Positions 38,728 to 49,016 of a DNA stretch of 64,000 nt are shown in pieces. The notes under the pieces were generated by a model. The model did no database searches. It was given only the letters and a program-made list of their open reading frames with translations, and was not told the DNA's origin. The position numbers and the translations under genes are program-made. The DNA lies in the NCBI GenBank assembly GCA_964584335.1, contig CAZOZN010000001.1:211882-275881 (forward strand), given 5' to 3'. The DNA is from an uncultured archaeon (lineage in GTDB: Archaea; Aenigmatarchaeota; Aenigmatarchaeia; PWEA01; JAGHBM01). The stretch's first letter is position 1, and every line of letters starts with the position of its first letter.

Positions 38728-39504
38728 ATGGTTAGAAGAAAAAATGATTATCCGGCAGAGAGAGAAATTATAATCGGAACGGTTAATAATATTAATCCTT
38801 ATTCTGTTTTTGTAGACCTTGATGAATATCCCGACAAAGTCGGCATGATACACATATCTGAGGTCGCAAGGAAATGGATAAGGGATGTTAGAAACTGGGT
38901 AAAAAAGGGACAGAAAGTTGTTTGTCTTGTTCTTGGTGTTGATAAAGAAAAGGGCCATATAAGCCTCAGTCTTAAGAGGGTTTCGGATAATCAGAGAAAT
39001 AAAAGGCTTCAAACATGGAAGAGGGATGAAAAAGGCGAGAAACTTCTAAAGGCAATTGCTGATAAGAAGGGAGTTACATTGGATGATGTTTACGAGGATA
39101 TCGGGTTTGAAATACAGGAAAATTTCAAGGATATGTTGGATGTGTTCGAACTTGCGGTAAGAAAGGGTAAGGATTATATAGAAAATAAAGGAATCCCTGA
39201 AAAGTGGTCTTCTGAAATAGATGAGATAGCTTCCGAAAAGATAAAAATACCTAACTTGAGGATGGAAGAAGAAGTTGAAGTCAGGTCTTTTGATTCTGAC
39301 GGTATAGAAAAAATTAAAAAAATATTTAATGATGTAAGCAATAAGAATAAGATTTCTGTTAGCTACGTTTCTGCACCGAAATACAAGTTATCTTTTAAAA
39401 CTAAAAACCCCAAAGAAGGAAAAAAGATTCTTAGAAAGTCCTTTGACGAAATAAAAGAGAAAATTGAAGAGATTGGCGGAGAGTTTATAGAACGAACAGA
39501 GTGA
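38728..39504 (+). CDS. eif2a: Translation initiation factor aIF2 alpha
   Basis: S1 domain LDEY...G.IHISEV, GHISLSLKRV, SAPKY; conserved operon position. Confidence 0.95.
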   Translation: MVRRKNDYPAEREIIIGTVNNINPYSVFVDLDEYPDKVGMIHISEVARKWIRDVRNWVKKGQKVVCLVLGVDKEKGHISLSLKRVSDNQRNKRLQTWKRDEKGEKLLKAIADKKGVTLDDVYEDIGFEIQENFKDMLDVFELAVRKGKDYIENKGIPEKWSSEIDEIASEKIKIPNLRMEEEVEVRSFDSDGIEKIKKIFNDVSNKNKISVSYVSAPKYKLSFKTKNPKEGKKILRKSFDEIKEKIEEIGGEFIERTE

Positions 39505-39508
39505 GAAA

Positions 39509-40105
39509 ATGACTGACGTATTGGGTTCGGACCCAAAGCTTTTTTGGAATAAGGATTCAGCCAGAGAATATGAGAAAAATAACGGAATAAGAAAAACCCA
39601 AGAAATTATGACTGAAAGGGGTATGGAACTTTTAAAGCCGGAAAAAGGCAAGGTTTTTCTTGATATAGGCTGCGGCACGGGTTTCTCGTCCGTTTCACTA
39701 AGGGATTCGGGGTTTAATGTTTTCGGAGTCGATATATCCAGGTATATGGTTGATATAGCCAGAGGAAAGGGACTTGATGTTTTGGTTGGTGATTTTAAGA
39801 AACTGCCTTTCATTGAAAAATCTTTTGATTATATAATTTCAATATCAAGTCTTCAGTGGATAACCGGAAAGGACAAATACGAGATAAAAGACAAATACGA
39901 AATGTTTGCTTCGGAAGTATACAGGGTGCTCAGGAATAAAGGGAAATGTTTCATACAATTCTTTCCCGGAACGGAAGGGGAGATGGATATCGCTCTGAGG
40001 TCTTTTAGAAAATCAGGTTTCGATGGTTTTCTTGTAAAGGACGAGTTCGAGGACAGAAGAAAGAACAAAGATTATATTTTATTAACAAAGGGTGGAAAAA
40101 TATGA
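39509..40105 (+). CDS. Class I SAM methyltransferase, Bud23/WBSCR22-like
   Basis: P.LFWN...[36 protein letters not shown]. Confidence 0.75.
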   Translation: MTDVLGSDPKLFWNKDSAREYEKNNGIRKTQEIMTERGMELLKPEKGKVFLDIGCGTGFSSVSLRDSGFNVFGVDISRYMVDIARGKGLDVLVGDFKKLPFIEKSFDYIISISSLQWITGKDKYEIKDKYEMFASEVYRVLRNKGKCFIQFFPGTEGEMDIALRSFRKSGFDGFLVKDEFEDRRKNKDYILLTKGGKI

Positions 40106-40257
40106 ATATGATAAAGAAATGTTTTGGCTGTAACTTGTATACGCTTAAGGATGAATGCCCAAAATGCGGCAAGAAGACAAGAACACCACATCCCCCCAAA
40201 TTTTCTCCCGAAGACAAGTATGGAAAGTACAGAAGAATGGCAAAAAGCAAGGCTTAG
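40102..40257 (+). CDS. nop10: H/ACA RNP protein Nop10
   Basis: Manual translation: C..C..YTLK..CP.CG......[16 protein letters not shown]. Confidence 0.95.
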   Translation: MNMIKKCFGCNLYTLKDECPKCGKKTRTPHPPKFSPEDKYGKYRRMAKSKA

Positions 40258-40268
40258 CCGGTGTTTAC

Positions 40269-40856
40269 ATGAAAAAAGTTTTTGATGAAATATATAAAGT
40301 TAAGGATTATTTTGGCAAAAAACCTGATATAAGAATGACTAAGATATTGGATTTAAAAGATTACGGAAGTGTTCTTGATTTGGGTGTTGGTCACGGGAAG
40401 AATTCCCTCTTTCTTGCAAAGAAGGGTTTTGAATTGACCGGAGTGGATTTTTCAAAGAGCGGTATTGAAAGTTTTTTGGATTCTGCAAAAAATGAGGGTC
40501 TTGAAGTTAAAGGAATTTTGATGGATATAACGAAATTTGTTTTTTCAAAGAAGTACGATATTATAATCAGTACCGCTACACTTAATTTTCTTAAAAAAGA
40601 AGAGATATATGACTTGATAAAAAAAATCAAGGATAACACGGAAGAGGATGGTCTGAATGTCATAATGGCTTTTACAGATGCTGTTCCAAGCAAAGTTCTG
40701 ACTTATTCTTTTAAGAAAAACGAGCTTAGAGATGCTTACAAAGACTGGAAAATTCTTTATTACGATGAATATCTTACGTCTGTGGAAGAACATAAAAACC
40801 AAGGACCTCACAGGCATTCCTGTGCTTTTTTAATAGCCCAAAATAAAAGTATATAA
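40269..40856 (+). CDS. TehB-like SAM methyltransferase
   Basis: VLDLGVGHGKNSLFLA, FKKNELR..Y..W. Confidence 0.8.
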   Translation: MKKVFDEIYKVKDYFGKKPDIRMTKILDLKDYGSVLDLGVGHGKNSLFLAKKGFELTGVDFSKSGIESFLDSAKNEGLEVKGILMDITKFVFSKKYDIIISTATLNFLKKEEIYDLIKKIKDNTEEDGLNVIMAFTDAVPSKVLTYSFKKNELRDAYKDWKILYYDEYLTSVEEHKNQGPHRHSCAFLIAQNKSI

Positions 40857-40890
40857 AAGATAAACTCAAAATAATACTAATTGTGGTTTT

Positions 40891-41688
40891 ATGGATACTA
40901 AAATAAAGTTAATAAAGAAAATAGACCCAAAGAACCCTGTTTTTATAGAGGGTTTACCGGGCATCGGCAGCGTTGGAAGGGTTTCCGCTCAATATCTTAT
41001 AGACGAGTTAAAAGCAAAGAAGTTCGCTGAGTTATATTCACCGTATTTTTTGCCTTTTGTTAGTATTCATGAGAGCCTTATAAAAATGCTTAAGAATGAG
41101 TTTTATTACTGGAAAAATCCCAAGAAGGGCGGGAGCGACTTAATATTTTTAGTAGGTGACTGCCAGTGCGGTGACTCTGGTACTGTAGGTCATTATGAGA
41201 TAACTGAAAAGGTCCTGGATTTTTGTGAAAATCTTGGAGTAAAGAAAATTTTTACCCTGGGCGGTTTTGCTACGGGAGAAATAGAGGAAACAAAAGACAT
41301 AGAAATACTTGGAGCAGTTAACGACAAGAAGCTTATTAAAAAATATAAAAATTTCGATATAGATTTTAAGTCTTCCGCAAAGAGAATACAGTACATAGTA
41401 GGTGCAAGCGGGCTGCTTATAGGCCTTGGTAAAGAAAGGGGAATGGAAGGAGTTTGCCTGATGGGAGAAACTACCGGTTTCCCTATCTTGAGCGATCCCA
41501 GGTCCGCTGAAAAGCTTTTAAACGTGCTTATAAGTATTCTGGATTTGGATATAAAGCTAACTAAGATTGATGAAAAATCCAAGAAAATGGAGGATTTCCT
41601 TAAAAAGCTTGAAGTAATCCAGAAGAAGGCAATGGAAAAACTCATGCCTGAAGAAAAGAGTCATGACAAGCTTAGGTACATAGGGTGA
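40891..41688 (+). CDS. PAC2 family proteasome assembly chaperone
   Basis: IEGLPGIG.VG, TLGG, VGASGLL, CLMGET, DP.SA, C-terminal YIG. Confidence 0.92.
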   Translation: MDTKIKLIKKIDPKNPVFIEGLPGIGSVGRVSAQYLIDELKAKKFAELYSPYFLPFVSIHESLIKMLKNEFYYWKNPKKGGSDLIFLVGDCQCGDSGTVGHYEITEKVLDFCENLGVKKIFTLGGFATGEIEETKDIEILGAVNDKKLIKKYKNFDIDFKSSAKRIQYIVGASGLLIGLGKERGMEGVCLMGETTGFPILSDPRSAEKLLNVLISILDLDIKLTKIDEKSKKMEDFLKKLEVIQKKAMEKLMPEEKSHDKLRYIG

Positions 41689-41891
41689 TAAATATGGAGA
41701 ATAATGGATATACCAAGTTCGAGAAGACAAGAATTATTTCTGCGAGGGCACTTCAGATAGCTATGGGAGCTCCTTTATTGATAAATGCAAAGTCAAATGA
41801 ACTGGACCCGGTTGATTTGTCAAAAAGAGAATTTAAAAAAGGACTTATACCGATAACTATAAAGAGAAAAATGCCGAGAAAGATGGAATAA
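41685..41891 (+). CDS. rpoK: RNA polymerase subunit Rpo6/K
   Basis: TKFEKTRIISARALQI.MGAP. Confidence 0.96.
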   Translation: MINMENNGYTKFEKTRIISARALQIAMGAPLLINAKSNELDPVDLSKREFKKGLIPITIKRKMPRKME

Positions 41892-41932
41892 AATTTGGTT
41901 AATATTTTATATAGCCTTTTATATTACTAATT

Positions 41933-43099
41933 ATGATTAGGGATATTAAGGGATTCAGGATTTATAACAGCAGGGGAGAGCGCACTCTTCTTGTAAAGAT
42001 AACCACTGATTATGGAACTTTTTCCGGCTCAGCGCCTTCTGGCAAGAGCAGGAGCAAGTACGAAGCTCATATAATTCCCGTAGAGAGGTCCCTTAAAATA
42101 ATCCAAAAGATTAAACATAATTTTATAGGCTTGAATGAAAGCGATTTTGACATATTGGACGAGATGCTTGTCGAGCTGGGGGGCAATAACTTTCAAAAGA
42201 TTGGAGCTCATATAGGTGTTGCTCTTACTTCGGCCCTGTTAAAGGCCTCTTATTTTGGCGACCCTTACAAGTATTTTGACGAGATAAGGTTTCCGTATCC
42301 TATTGTTAATGTCATGGGTGGAGGAAAACATGGCGGAGGCACGGATATACAGGAATTCCATCTCATACCAACAAAGGCCGAGAGTTTCCCTCAGGCGATA
42401 GAAATGTGTCAGGAAGGAATAGGCAGAATAAAGACTATTTTGTTGTCTAAGAGAAAATTTGCGGGAAAAAATGATGAAAACGCGCTTATTTCCGACCTTA
42501 AAGAAGAGAAGACTCTTGATATTTTAAGGGAAATTGCTGATGATTTAGAAGCTGATATAGGCGTTGATATGGCTGCATCAAGCCTTTACAACAAATCCAA
42601 AAAGAGGTATGTTTACGAAAAAATGGGCAGAGAAGCCTTGCCTAGCCAGCAAATAGAGGCCGTAAAGGAATTGGTTGATACATGGAAGATTTATTATGTG
42701 GAAGACCCTTTCCATGAGGATGATTTTGATAGTTTCGCGGAACTTTTGAAGTGGAATGATAAGATACTTGTCTGTGGTGACGATCTTTATTCAACCAATA
42801 TTACAAGGCTTAAAAGAGGGCTGAGACTCAATTCCTGCAATTCAATGATTGTAAAGCCAAACCAGGCGGGAACACTTGGTCTTGCAATGAAGGTTGCTCA
42901 GCACGCAAAAACAAGAAATTATAAGATTGCTGTTTCTCACAGGAGCGGTGAGACTAATGACCCCGTTATAGCGGATATCGCGCTTGGAATCGGGGACTTT
43001 ATAAAGACCGGTGTCTGGGGCGGTGAGCGTCTCGCAAAGATGAACCGCCTGCTCGAGCTCTGGGATATTTTAGAATATCCAAGAATGGTAAGAATTTGA
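41933..43099 (+). CDS. eno: Enolase (divergent)
   Basis: SRG, APSG.S, GGGKH, IQEF, EDPF, GDDL, KPNQ.GT, SHRSGET, ER.AK.N. Confidence 0.92.
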   Translation: MIRDIKGFRIYNSRGERTLLVKITTDYGTFSGSAPSGKSRSKYEAHIIPVERSLKIIQKIKHNFIGLNESDFDILDEMLVELGGNNFQKIGAHIGVALTSALLKASYFGDPYKYFDEIRFPYPIVNVMGGGKHGGGTDIQEFHLIPTKAESFPQAIEMCQEGIGRIKTILLSKRKFAGKNDENALISDLKEEKTLDILREIADDLEADIGVDMAASSLYNKSKKRYVYEKMGREALPSQQIEAVKELVDTWKIYYVEDPFHEDDFDSFAELLKWNDKILVCGDDLYSTNITRLKRGLRLNSCNSMIVKPNQAGTLGLAMKVAQHAKTRNYKIAVSHRSGETNDPVIADIALGIGDFIKTGVWGGERLAKMNRLLELWDILEYPRMVRI

Positions 43100-43623
43100 A
43101 TAAGTTTAAATACTTTTACTACCTATTAGTGAATATGTTAATGGATGAAAAAGAAGTAAAAAGATTCCAGTATATATTAAAGGATAACGGGCTGAAAAAA
43201 AGAGATGAATACATAGAAAAGAAGGGCCCCAATGCGGTGCAGACTGTTTTTAAGAATATAAATAAAAAAGAGGCAGGCATGATTATAGGAAATTCCATGA
43301 ATCAGCTAATTGATGAGACTGACAAGGCCTATATGAAAAGTGATTTGTATGATGCTTGTTTTGATGAGTTCAGCATACTTGGCACTTGGATAGACGAATA
43401 CGTAACTCTTGGGTGTATTGACTGCGGCAATCTCAGGCAGGCGAGTGTCAGCGACGCTTTGGATGATGTTTATGGAAAGAGTTTTTTCAAGAAATTATAT
43501 AGCGGGGACTTCAAGAGGTCCGCCAATTCCAAAATTTTTTACAAGACACATGAGCAATTAGAGAACTTTGTATTCGATAATTCTGAATTAAAAAAAGTTG
43601 AAGTGCTTGTTTTCGGAGATTGA
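43096..43623 (+). CDS. Hypothetical protein (start uncertain)
   Basis: ORF between eno and rps2. Confidence 0.5.
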   Translation: MNKFKYFYYLLVNMLMDEKEVKRFQYILKDNGLKKRDEYIEKKGPNAVQTVFKNINKKEAGMIIGNSMNQLIDETDKAYMKSDLYDACFDEFSILGTWIDEYVTLGCIDCGNLRQASVSDALDDVYGKSFFKKLYSGDFKRSANSKIFYKTHEQLENFVFDNSELKKVEVLVFGD

Positions 43624-43703
43624 TTTATTTTTTCATTTGTTAAACTATTTAAATATATAATCATTAAAAGATTGAGTATAATGGATAGATAATTTATCAA
43701 AAG

Positions 43704-44300
43704 GTGGAAAAAATGACTAACTTGGCTGACAGAAACGAATACTTGTCTGCGGGAGTACATATAGGAATGAGAATGAAGACAAAGGAAATGGCTCCTTTTA
43801 TATTCAAGACAAGACCAGACGGTTTGTCCGTTTTGGATATAGAAAAGACAGACGAGAGAATAGAGGTCGCTGCCAAATTCATATCTTCTTATAATGATGT
43901 AATGGTTGTTTGCAGAAAAACCAATGGAATAAAACCTATAAAAAAGATGGCAGAGATGATTAACGGAAAGGCTGTAACAGAGAGATTCTTGCCCGGCACT
44001 TTGAGCAATCCCAATTTTAAGAATTACATGGAGCCGGACTTGGTTGTGGTTACTGACCCTATAGCAGACAAGCAGGCTGTGAAGGAAGCCACAGAAAAAA
44101 GAATACCTATAGTTGCTATATGTGACACATACAATGATATGGAATTTATAGATTTGATTATACCCGCAAACAACAAAGGAAAGAAATCTTTAGGGCTTAT
44201 TTATTATCTTCTTACAAGGGAGATTCTTAAGGCAAAGGGAGATATAAAGAAGAATTCTGATTTCAAGGCATCTCTTGAAGATTTTACAGAAAAAGAATAA
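43704..44300 (+). CDS. rps2: Ribosomal protein S2
   Basis: YLSAGVHIG, RPDGL, RFLPGTLSN, DP..D.QA..EA, IPANNKG. Confidence 0.97.
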   Translation: MEKMTNLADRNEYLSAGVHIGMRMKTKEMAPFIFKTRPDGLSVLDIEKTDERIEVAAKFISSYNDVMVVCRKTNGIKPIKKMAEMINGKAVTERFLPGTLSNPNFKNYMEPDLVVVTDPIADKQAVKEATEKRIPIVAICDTYNDMEFIDLIIPANNKGKKSLGLIYYLLTREILKAKGDIKKNSDFKASLEDFTEKE

Positions 44301-44301
44301 C

Positions 44302-45252
44302 TTATTTTAGAGCCGATACTTGGGCCAAAAATGCTTCAAGCTGAATCATCGGATTCCCACCTTCATCCAATCGGAATTCATATTCTCCAAGGTACTGTAT
44401 TATTTTTATTTTGTTTTCCTCTGAGGTATCCAAGTCATATGCTTGCCTGTGTATTTCTTTTATAACGTCTTCTCCCGATATGCCTTGTTTTATAAGTATA
44501 TCATAAAGTATTTTTCTTGACTCTATAAACTTTCCCTTGAGAGACAGGTCAATCATTTTGTCTATATCTTTTGGTTTTGCCTGTGCCGCCACATCATACA
44601 CAACTTTCTCTGTTATTTTTTTATGCAGCGCGGCGGATGACTGAAGAAGATTAACGTTTCTTCTCATATCACCTTCTGTTATATGAAGTATTGCATCAAT
44701 GGCCTTTTCGTCTATATCCAGTTTTTCTTTTTCTGCTATGCCTTTAAGGTATTCCTTGCTTTTTTCCTTGTCTACTCCGGAAAATCTGAATACGGCACAT
44801 CTTGACTGTATGGGGTCTATTATTCTTGAGCTGTAGTTGGCTATCAGTATAAAGCGGCAGGTATTGGTGTAATTCTCCATGGTCCTTCTCAATGCCTGCT
44901 GAGCCTCCGGTGTAAGCGCATCCGCCTCGTCCAGAACAGCTATCTTGAAAGGAAGCTCTCCTATGGGTCTTGTCCTGGCGAAGTCTTTTATCTTGTGCCT
45001 TACAACGTTTATTCCTCTTTCATCTGATGCGTTTGTTTCAAGGTAGTTTTGCTTCCATCCTTCCCCATAAACTTCATGAGCTATTGCAAGCGAGCATGTT
45101 GTTTTTCCGACTCCCGCAGGTCCGGCAAAAAGCATGTTGGGTATGTTCTTGTTCTTTACAAAGGCCTTTAATCTTTCTATTATTTCTTTGTGATTTACTA
45201 CATCATCCAGTTTTTTTGGCCTGTATTTTTCTGTCCAAACTTCAAGTGTCAT
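44302..45252 (-). CDS. rfcS: Replication factor C small subunit
   Basis: WTEKYRP, GPAGVGKT, NASDERG, DEAD, ALRRTME, QSRC, GDMR. Confidence 0.97.
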   Translation of the reverse strand: MTLEVWTEKYRPKKLDDVVNHKEIIERLKAFVKNKNIPNMLFAGPAGVGKTTCSLAIAHEVYGEGWKQNYLETNASDERGINVVRHKIKDFARTRPIGELPFKIAVLDEADALTPEAQQALRRTMENYTNTCRFILIANYSSRIIDPIQSRCAVFRFSGVDKEKSKEYLKGIAEKEKLDIDEKAIDAILHITEGDMRRNVNLLQSSAALHKKITEKVVYDVAAQAKPKDIDKMIDLSLKGKFIESRKILYDILIKQGISGEDVIKEIHRQAYDLDTSEENKIKIIQYLGEYEFRLDEGGNPMIQLEAFLAQVSALK

Positions 45253-45311
45253 CTTATCCCACACAAAACGAGTACAAAGATTATTAGAGTCTTTTTAATA
45301 AATACCTTTGC

Positions 45312-45707
45312 TTAGAGAGGAAGCTTTCTTTTGTAGACTATTCCTTCTGCTGTTTCAAATTTTTCATATAATCCAAGTTCAATTGCTTCTTCTATGGATT
45401 TTTGTACTACTTTTTTCATTATCGGCTTTTCCATATATTCTTCCATTCTTTTTAATATATCTGAAAAATAAAGCTCTTCGTCCGGAGATTCAAAAATATC
45501 CTCAATCAGCACATCCATGGGAATGTTTTTTATCTTGGTTTTATTTGTTTCGTAATTGGGGGGAATGTCTGATTTTTTGAGGTACTTGCTTACAGTGCTT
45601 TTACATACCCCGGCTTCTGCAGCAATCTCCGAAATGCTCAGTTTATCTTTATGAGCCTCATAAATTTTTCTTATTTTTTTATCGGAAATTTTAGTCATAT
45701 AAAACAC
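45312..45707 (-). CDS. HTH DNA-binding protein
   Basis: LSISEIAAEAGVCKSTVSKYL. Confidence 0.7.
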   Translation of the reverse strand: MFYMTKISDKKIRKIYEAHKDKLSISEIAAEAGVCKSTVSKYLKKSDIPPNYETNKTKIKNIPMDVLIEDIFESPDEELYFSDILKRMEEYMEKPIMKKVVQKSIEEAIELGLYEKFETAEGIVYKRKLPL

Positions 45708-45724
45708 TTAAAAGAAACAGTAAA

Positions 45725-45952
45725 CTAACTGTAGAAAAAGGGAAGCTTTGCGTTTCTTTCTACTTCTTCTGAATCATAGCCTTTCCATGTCAGCCTTTCT
45801 TTTGATTTCATTTCGGCTTCAAAAACATTATAACCAATATTCATATAATGCCTGACGTTTCTTTTATGGTCACTTCCTATGACTCTTCCCCTGAATCTTG
45901 GGTCATTTCTTAATCTGAAGGCGTCTTCTATAATTTTTTCTCCCGCGTTCAT
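45725..45952 (-). CDS. Small hypothetical protein
   Basis: ATG at 45952 avoids overlap with the divergent kinase gene. Confidence 0.45.
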   Translation of the reverse strand: MNAGEKIIEDAFRLRNDPRFRGRVIGSDHKRNVRHYMNIGYNVFEAEMKSKERLTWKGYDSEEVERNAKLPFFYS

Positions 45953-46022
45953 AATTATTTTTATTATGTAAGCTTTAAATATCGATAGCTTCTTTATAAG
46001 TTTTTTAATCCTAAGTTTTAAC

Positions 46023-46538
46023 ATGATAATATCTGTTTCAGGGACTCCGGGGACGGGCAAGACAGAAACGTCGAAGGCTCTTGCCGGTATCCTTTCTTAT
46101 GAATATATTGACCTGAATATACTATCAGAAAAGAAAGGGCTCATTATCGGTTTCGACAGTGGTAGAAAATCAAAGATAGTCGATACAAATAAATTGGCTG
46201 ATTTAAATTTACCTGAAGACAGTGTTGTGGATGGGCATCTTTCTCACTTTGTAAAGTCAGATAAAGTAGTTATTTTGAGGACAAGACCTGATATTCTTAA
46301 AAAGAGGATTTTAAAGCGAAATTGGCCCTTAAAAAAGGTAAAAGAGAACCTAGAATCAGAGATTTTGGGAGTTTGCTCATCCGAGGCCTATGATACATGG
46401 GGTAAGGAAAGGATTATCGAAGTTGATACTACGGATAAAACACCCGAAGAATCCGCATTATATATAAAAAAACATATAAATAGTAAAAACACGAAAGAGA
46501 TTGATTGGCTAGAAGATTTTGATTATATGCTGGAGTGA
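46023..46538 (+). CDS. Archaeal adenylate kinase AK6/Fap7 family
   Basis: SGTPGTGKT, VDGHLSH, LR..P..L..R...R.W...K..EN...E. Confidence 0.9.
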   Translation: MIISVSGTPGTGKTETSKALAGILSYEYIDLNILSEKKGLIIGFDSGRKSKIVDTNKLADLNLPEDSVVDGHLSHFVKSDKVVILRTRPDILKKRILKRNWPLKKVKENLESEILGVCSSEAYDTWGKERIIEVDTTDKTPEESALYIKKHINSKNTKEIDWLEDFDYMLE

Positions 46539-46544
46539 GGGTGT

Positions 46545-47360
46545 ATGGCTCTGTTAAATATTTTTAAAACATTCAGTCTTATGGCAGTATTAACCGGGAT
46601 ATTTCTCGGTATAGGTTATGTGCTGGGAGGAATCGGAGGCGCTTTCATATCATTATTGATGGCATTCTTAATGAATTTTGTATCTTACTGGTTTTCTGAC
46701 AAAATAGTGCTCAAAATGTACGGAGCAAAGGAAATAAAAGAGGAAGACAACAAGAGCCTTCACGAAATGGTTGAAGAGCTTTGTAAAGAGGCAAAAATTC
46801 CCAAGCCAAAGCTATATATGCTGAGAAGCAACGTGCCTAACGCGTTTGCTACCGGAAGGAACCCCGAACATTCTGCCGTGGCTGTAACTTTTGGCCTTAT
46901 CAAGAATCTTAATCAGAAAGAGATAAAGGGGGTAATCGCACATGAAATTTCTCATATAGTAAATCGTGATACACTTGTGCAAACCATGGCAGCTACAATA
47001 GGCGGTGCTATAACATGGCTTTCCTACGCTTTTCTTTTTGATAGGGACAGGAATTCCCTGGGTCTTCTAATGATGATTTTCGCCCCTCTTGCTGCCGGTA
47101 TGGTGAGAATGTCTATAAGCAGGAGCCGCGAGTACATGGCTGACGAATCCGGTGCAAAGCTTTCAAGTGACCCTCTCGGGCTTGCTTCAGCTCTAGAGAA
47201 AATACATAAAATCTCTGTAAAAAACCCTGTCAAGATAAACCCCTCGACTTCCCATTTGTTTATAATAAACCCTCTTAGTGCAAGAGGAATGGCCCGCCTG
47301 TTTTCAACACACCCGCCCGTAGAGGACAGAATAAAAAGGCTGAAAGAGATGAAAATTTGA
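46545..47360 (+). CDS. htpX: Zinc metalloprotease HtpX (M48)
   Basis: PNAFATGR, AHEISH, SRSREY.AD, FSTHPP. Confidence 0.95.
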   Translation: MALLNIFKTFSLMAVLTGIFLGIGYVLGGIGGAFISLLMAFLMNFVSYWFSDKIVLKMYGAKEIKEEDNKSLHEMVEELCKEAKIPKPKLYMLRSNVPNAFATGRNPEHSAVAVTFGLIKNLNQKEIKGVIAHEISHIVNRDTLVQTMAATIGGAITWLSYAFLFDRDRNSLGLLMMIFAPLAAGMVRMSISRSREYMADESGAKLSSDPLGLASALEKIHKISVKNPVKINPSTSHLFIINPLSARGMARLFSTHPPVEDRIKRLKEMKI

Positions 47361-47391
47361 ACTTAAATAGTTTTTTTGTCTTAACCTAAGT

Positions 47392-47850
47392 ATGAACAGC
47401 ATTTCAGTAGCATTAACTTACGAAGGAAGCAAGAAAAGAGGCTACGCTAACAAAATCCCGGTTGGAGAAAACGCTCTCGTTGAGATAGACAAGCATGGCA
47501 ACATTTTCTCTTCATGCAATATTGATATAGACGAAAATCACGATTTTGTATTTACCGACAACCAGAAGAAAGATAACAGAGATTTGGAGGCTATAAACTA
47601 TGCCTGGCTTTTGACAAACAGATTCAGGTCTATTTTTTCTCTGGGTGATAATTATGAGAAGGATTTCAGGTTTGAATTCAGGACAGAAAAAAAATTTGAT
47701 TTCGAATCCCAGAAGAAATTTAATTCCTTAATGGAGGAGTTTGGCGAAAAGTACTTTAAGCCCCTTGGTGATTATAAAATGGATGTATCCGGCGATGAAG
47801 GCAAGCTTATCTACTCCGTAGCGCCAAAAAACAACATTTTTAAGCAATAG
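47392..47850 (+). CDS. Hypothetical protein
   Basis: 152-aa ORF. Confidence 0.5.
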   Translation: MNSISVALTYEGSKKRGYANKIPVGENALVEIDKHGNIFSSCNIDIDENHDFVFTDNQKKDNRDLEAINYAWLLTNRFRSIFSLGDNYEKDFRFEFRTEKKFDFESQKKFNSLMEEFGEKYFKPLGDYKMDVSGDEGKLIYSVAPKNNIFKQ

Positions 47851-47904
47851 AAAAATATTTAAACTTGACACACAAAATCTAAGAGTACTTTAAAGGTGAA
47901 TTTT

Positions 47905-48072
47905 ATGATAAAGGAAGTTGCAAGAAAAAGACTTTTCGACAATGTTTTTATATGCGGAAAGTGCAAGGCTAAAATAAGAGCCAACTCTTTCAAAGTAAGA
48001 GACGGAAAGATAAAATGCAGGAAGTGCGGTTCAAATTCTTTAAGACCAAAAAGCAAGGAAAACAGGTCATAG
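47905..48072 (+). CDS. rpl40e: Ribosomal protein L40e
   Basis: Manual translation: ICGKCKAK...KCRKCGSNSLRPK; GGTGA SD. Confidence 0.9.
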   Translation: MIKEVARKRLFDNVFICGKCKAKIRANSFKVRDGKIKCRKCGSNSLRPKSKENRS

Positions 48073-48144
48073 ATTAATTTTTTATCTGTCAATGTTTAAT
48101 GTTTAAATATTAAAATCTTCAAATCTTTAAAAAAGTGGTTTATA

Positions 48145-48978
48145 ATGGTAAAACATTTTATCGAGCTTTTGCGTCCCATCAACAGCATGATGGCTGCGAT
48201 AGCTGTTTTTGTTGGTGCGGTTGTCGTAGGAGGAACTGATATAGTCTCGTTGACTGAGCTTCATCTTGCAATAATAGCCACTTTCCTGATAACCGGGGCT
48301 GGAATGACTATAAACGATTTTTATGACAGGGACATAGATTTTTTGAACAAGAGACACAGGCCAATCCCTTCGGGAAGAATAGCACCCAAGGGAGCTTTCA
48401 TGTTTTCAATGGTATTGTTTGCGGTAGGCATTTACATAACTTATTTCATAAATTTTTACTGTTTCAATATAGCTCTTGTCAATTCTTTCCTTCTTTTTGT
48501 TTATTCCAGAAAGTTCAAGAAGATACTTCTTGTTGGTCATGTTTTTGTTAGCTATCTCGTGGCATCTTCTTTTATATTGGGAGGACTTGCGGTTAACGCG
48601 GGGGGCCTTATGCCTTTATTCACAATAGCTCTGATTTCATTCTTTTCAAACTTTTCAAGGGAGATAATAAAAACAATTGAAGACATGAGGGGAGACCGTC
48701 TAGGTAAGGTAAAATCACTCCCGATTTTGATAGGAGAGAAAAGCGCAAGAAAGATAGCTTCGATACTTATAGGGTTGACAATATTCTTTGCTCCTTTGCC
48801 TTATCTTTTTGGCTATATGGGTAACTCTTACATGTATGTCGTTTCTATAGGCCTTGTTCTTTTTGTATTCTCTATAATATGGAACCAGAGAGAAACTCCA
48901 GCAGGAAAAGTACACAAATTAATGAAAGTTGCCATGTTTATTTCCTTGATTGCTTTTCTTGTCGGTGCCATTTTCTAA
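48145..48978 (+). CDS. Digeranylgeranylglyceryl phosphate synthase (UbiA family)
   Basis: LLRP.N, INDFYD.DID..N...RPIPSG, REIIKTIED..GD. Confidence 0.85.
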   Translation: MVKHFIELLRPINSMMAAIAVFVGAVVVGGTDIVSLTELHLAIIATFLITGAGMTINDFYDRDIDFLNKRHRPIPSGRIAPKGAFMFSMVLFAVGIYITYFINFYCFNIALVNSFLLFVYSRKFKKILLVGHVFVSYLVASSFILGGLAVNAGGLMPLFTIALISFFSNFSREIIKTIEDMRGDRLGKVKSLPILIGEKSARKIASILIGLTIFFAPLPYLFGYMGNSYMYVVSIGLVLFVFSIIWNQRETPAGKVHKLMKVAMFISLIAFLVGAIF

Positions 48979-49016
48979 GGAAAAAATATATAAAACACCA
49001 ATCACTAAAGATTGGT

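Noticed and set aside
40155-40268. N-terminal extension of the TehB-like ORF
   Set aside because: This stretch is nop10 in another frame
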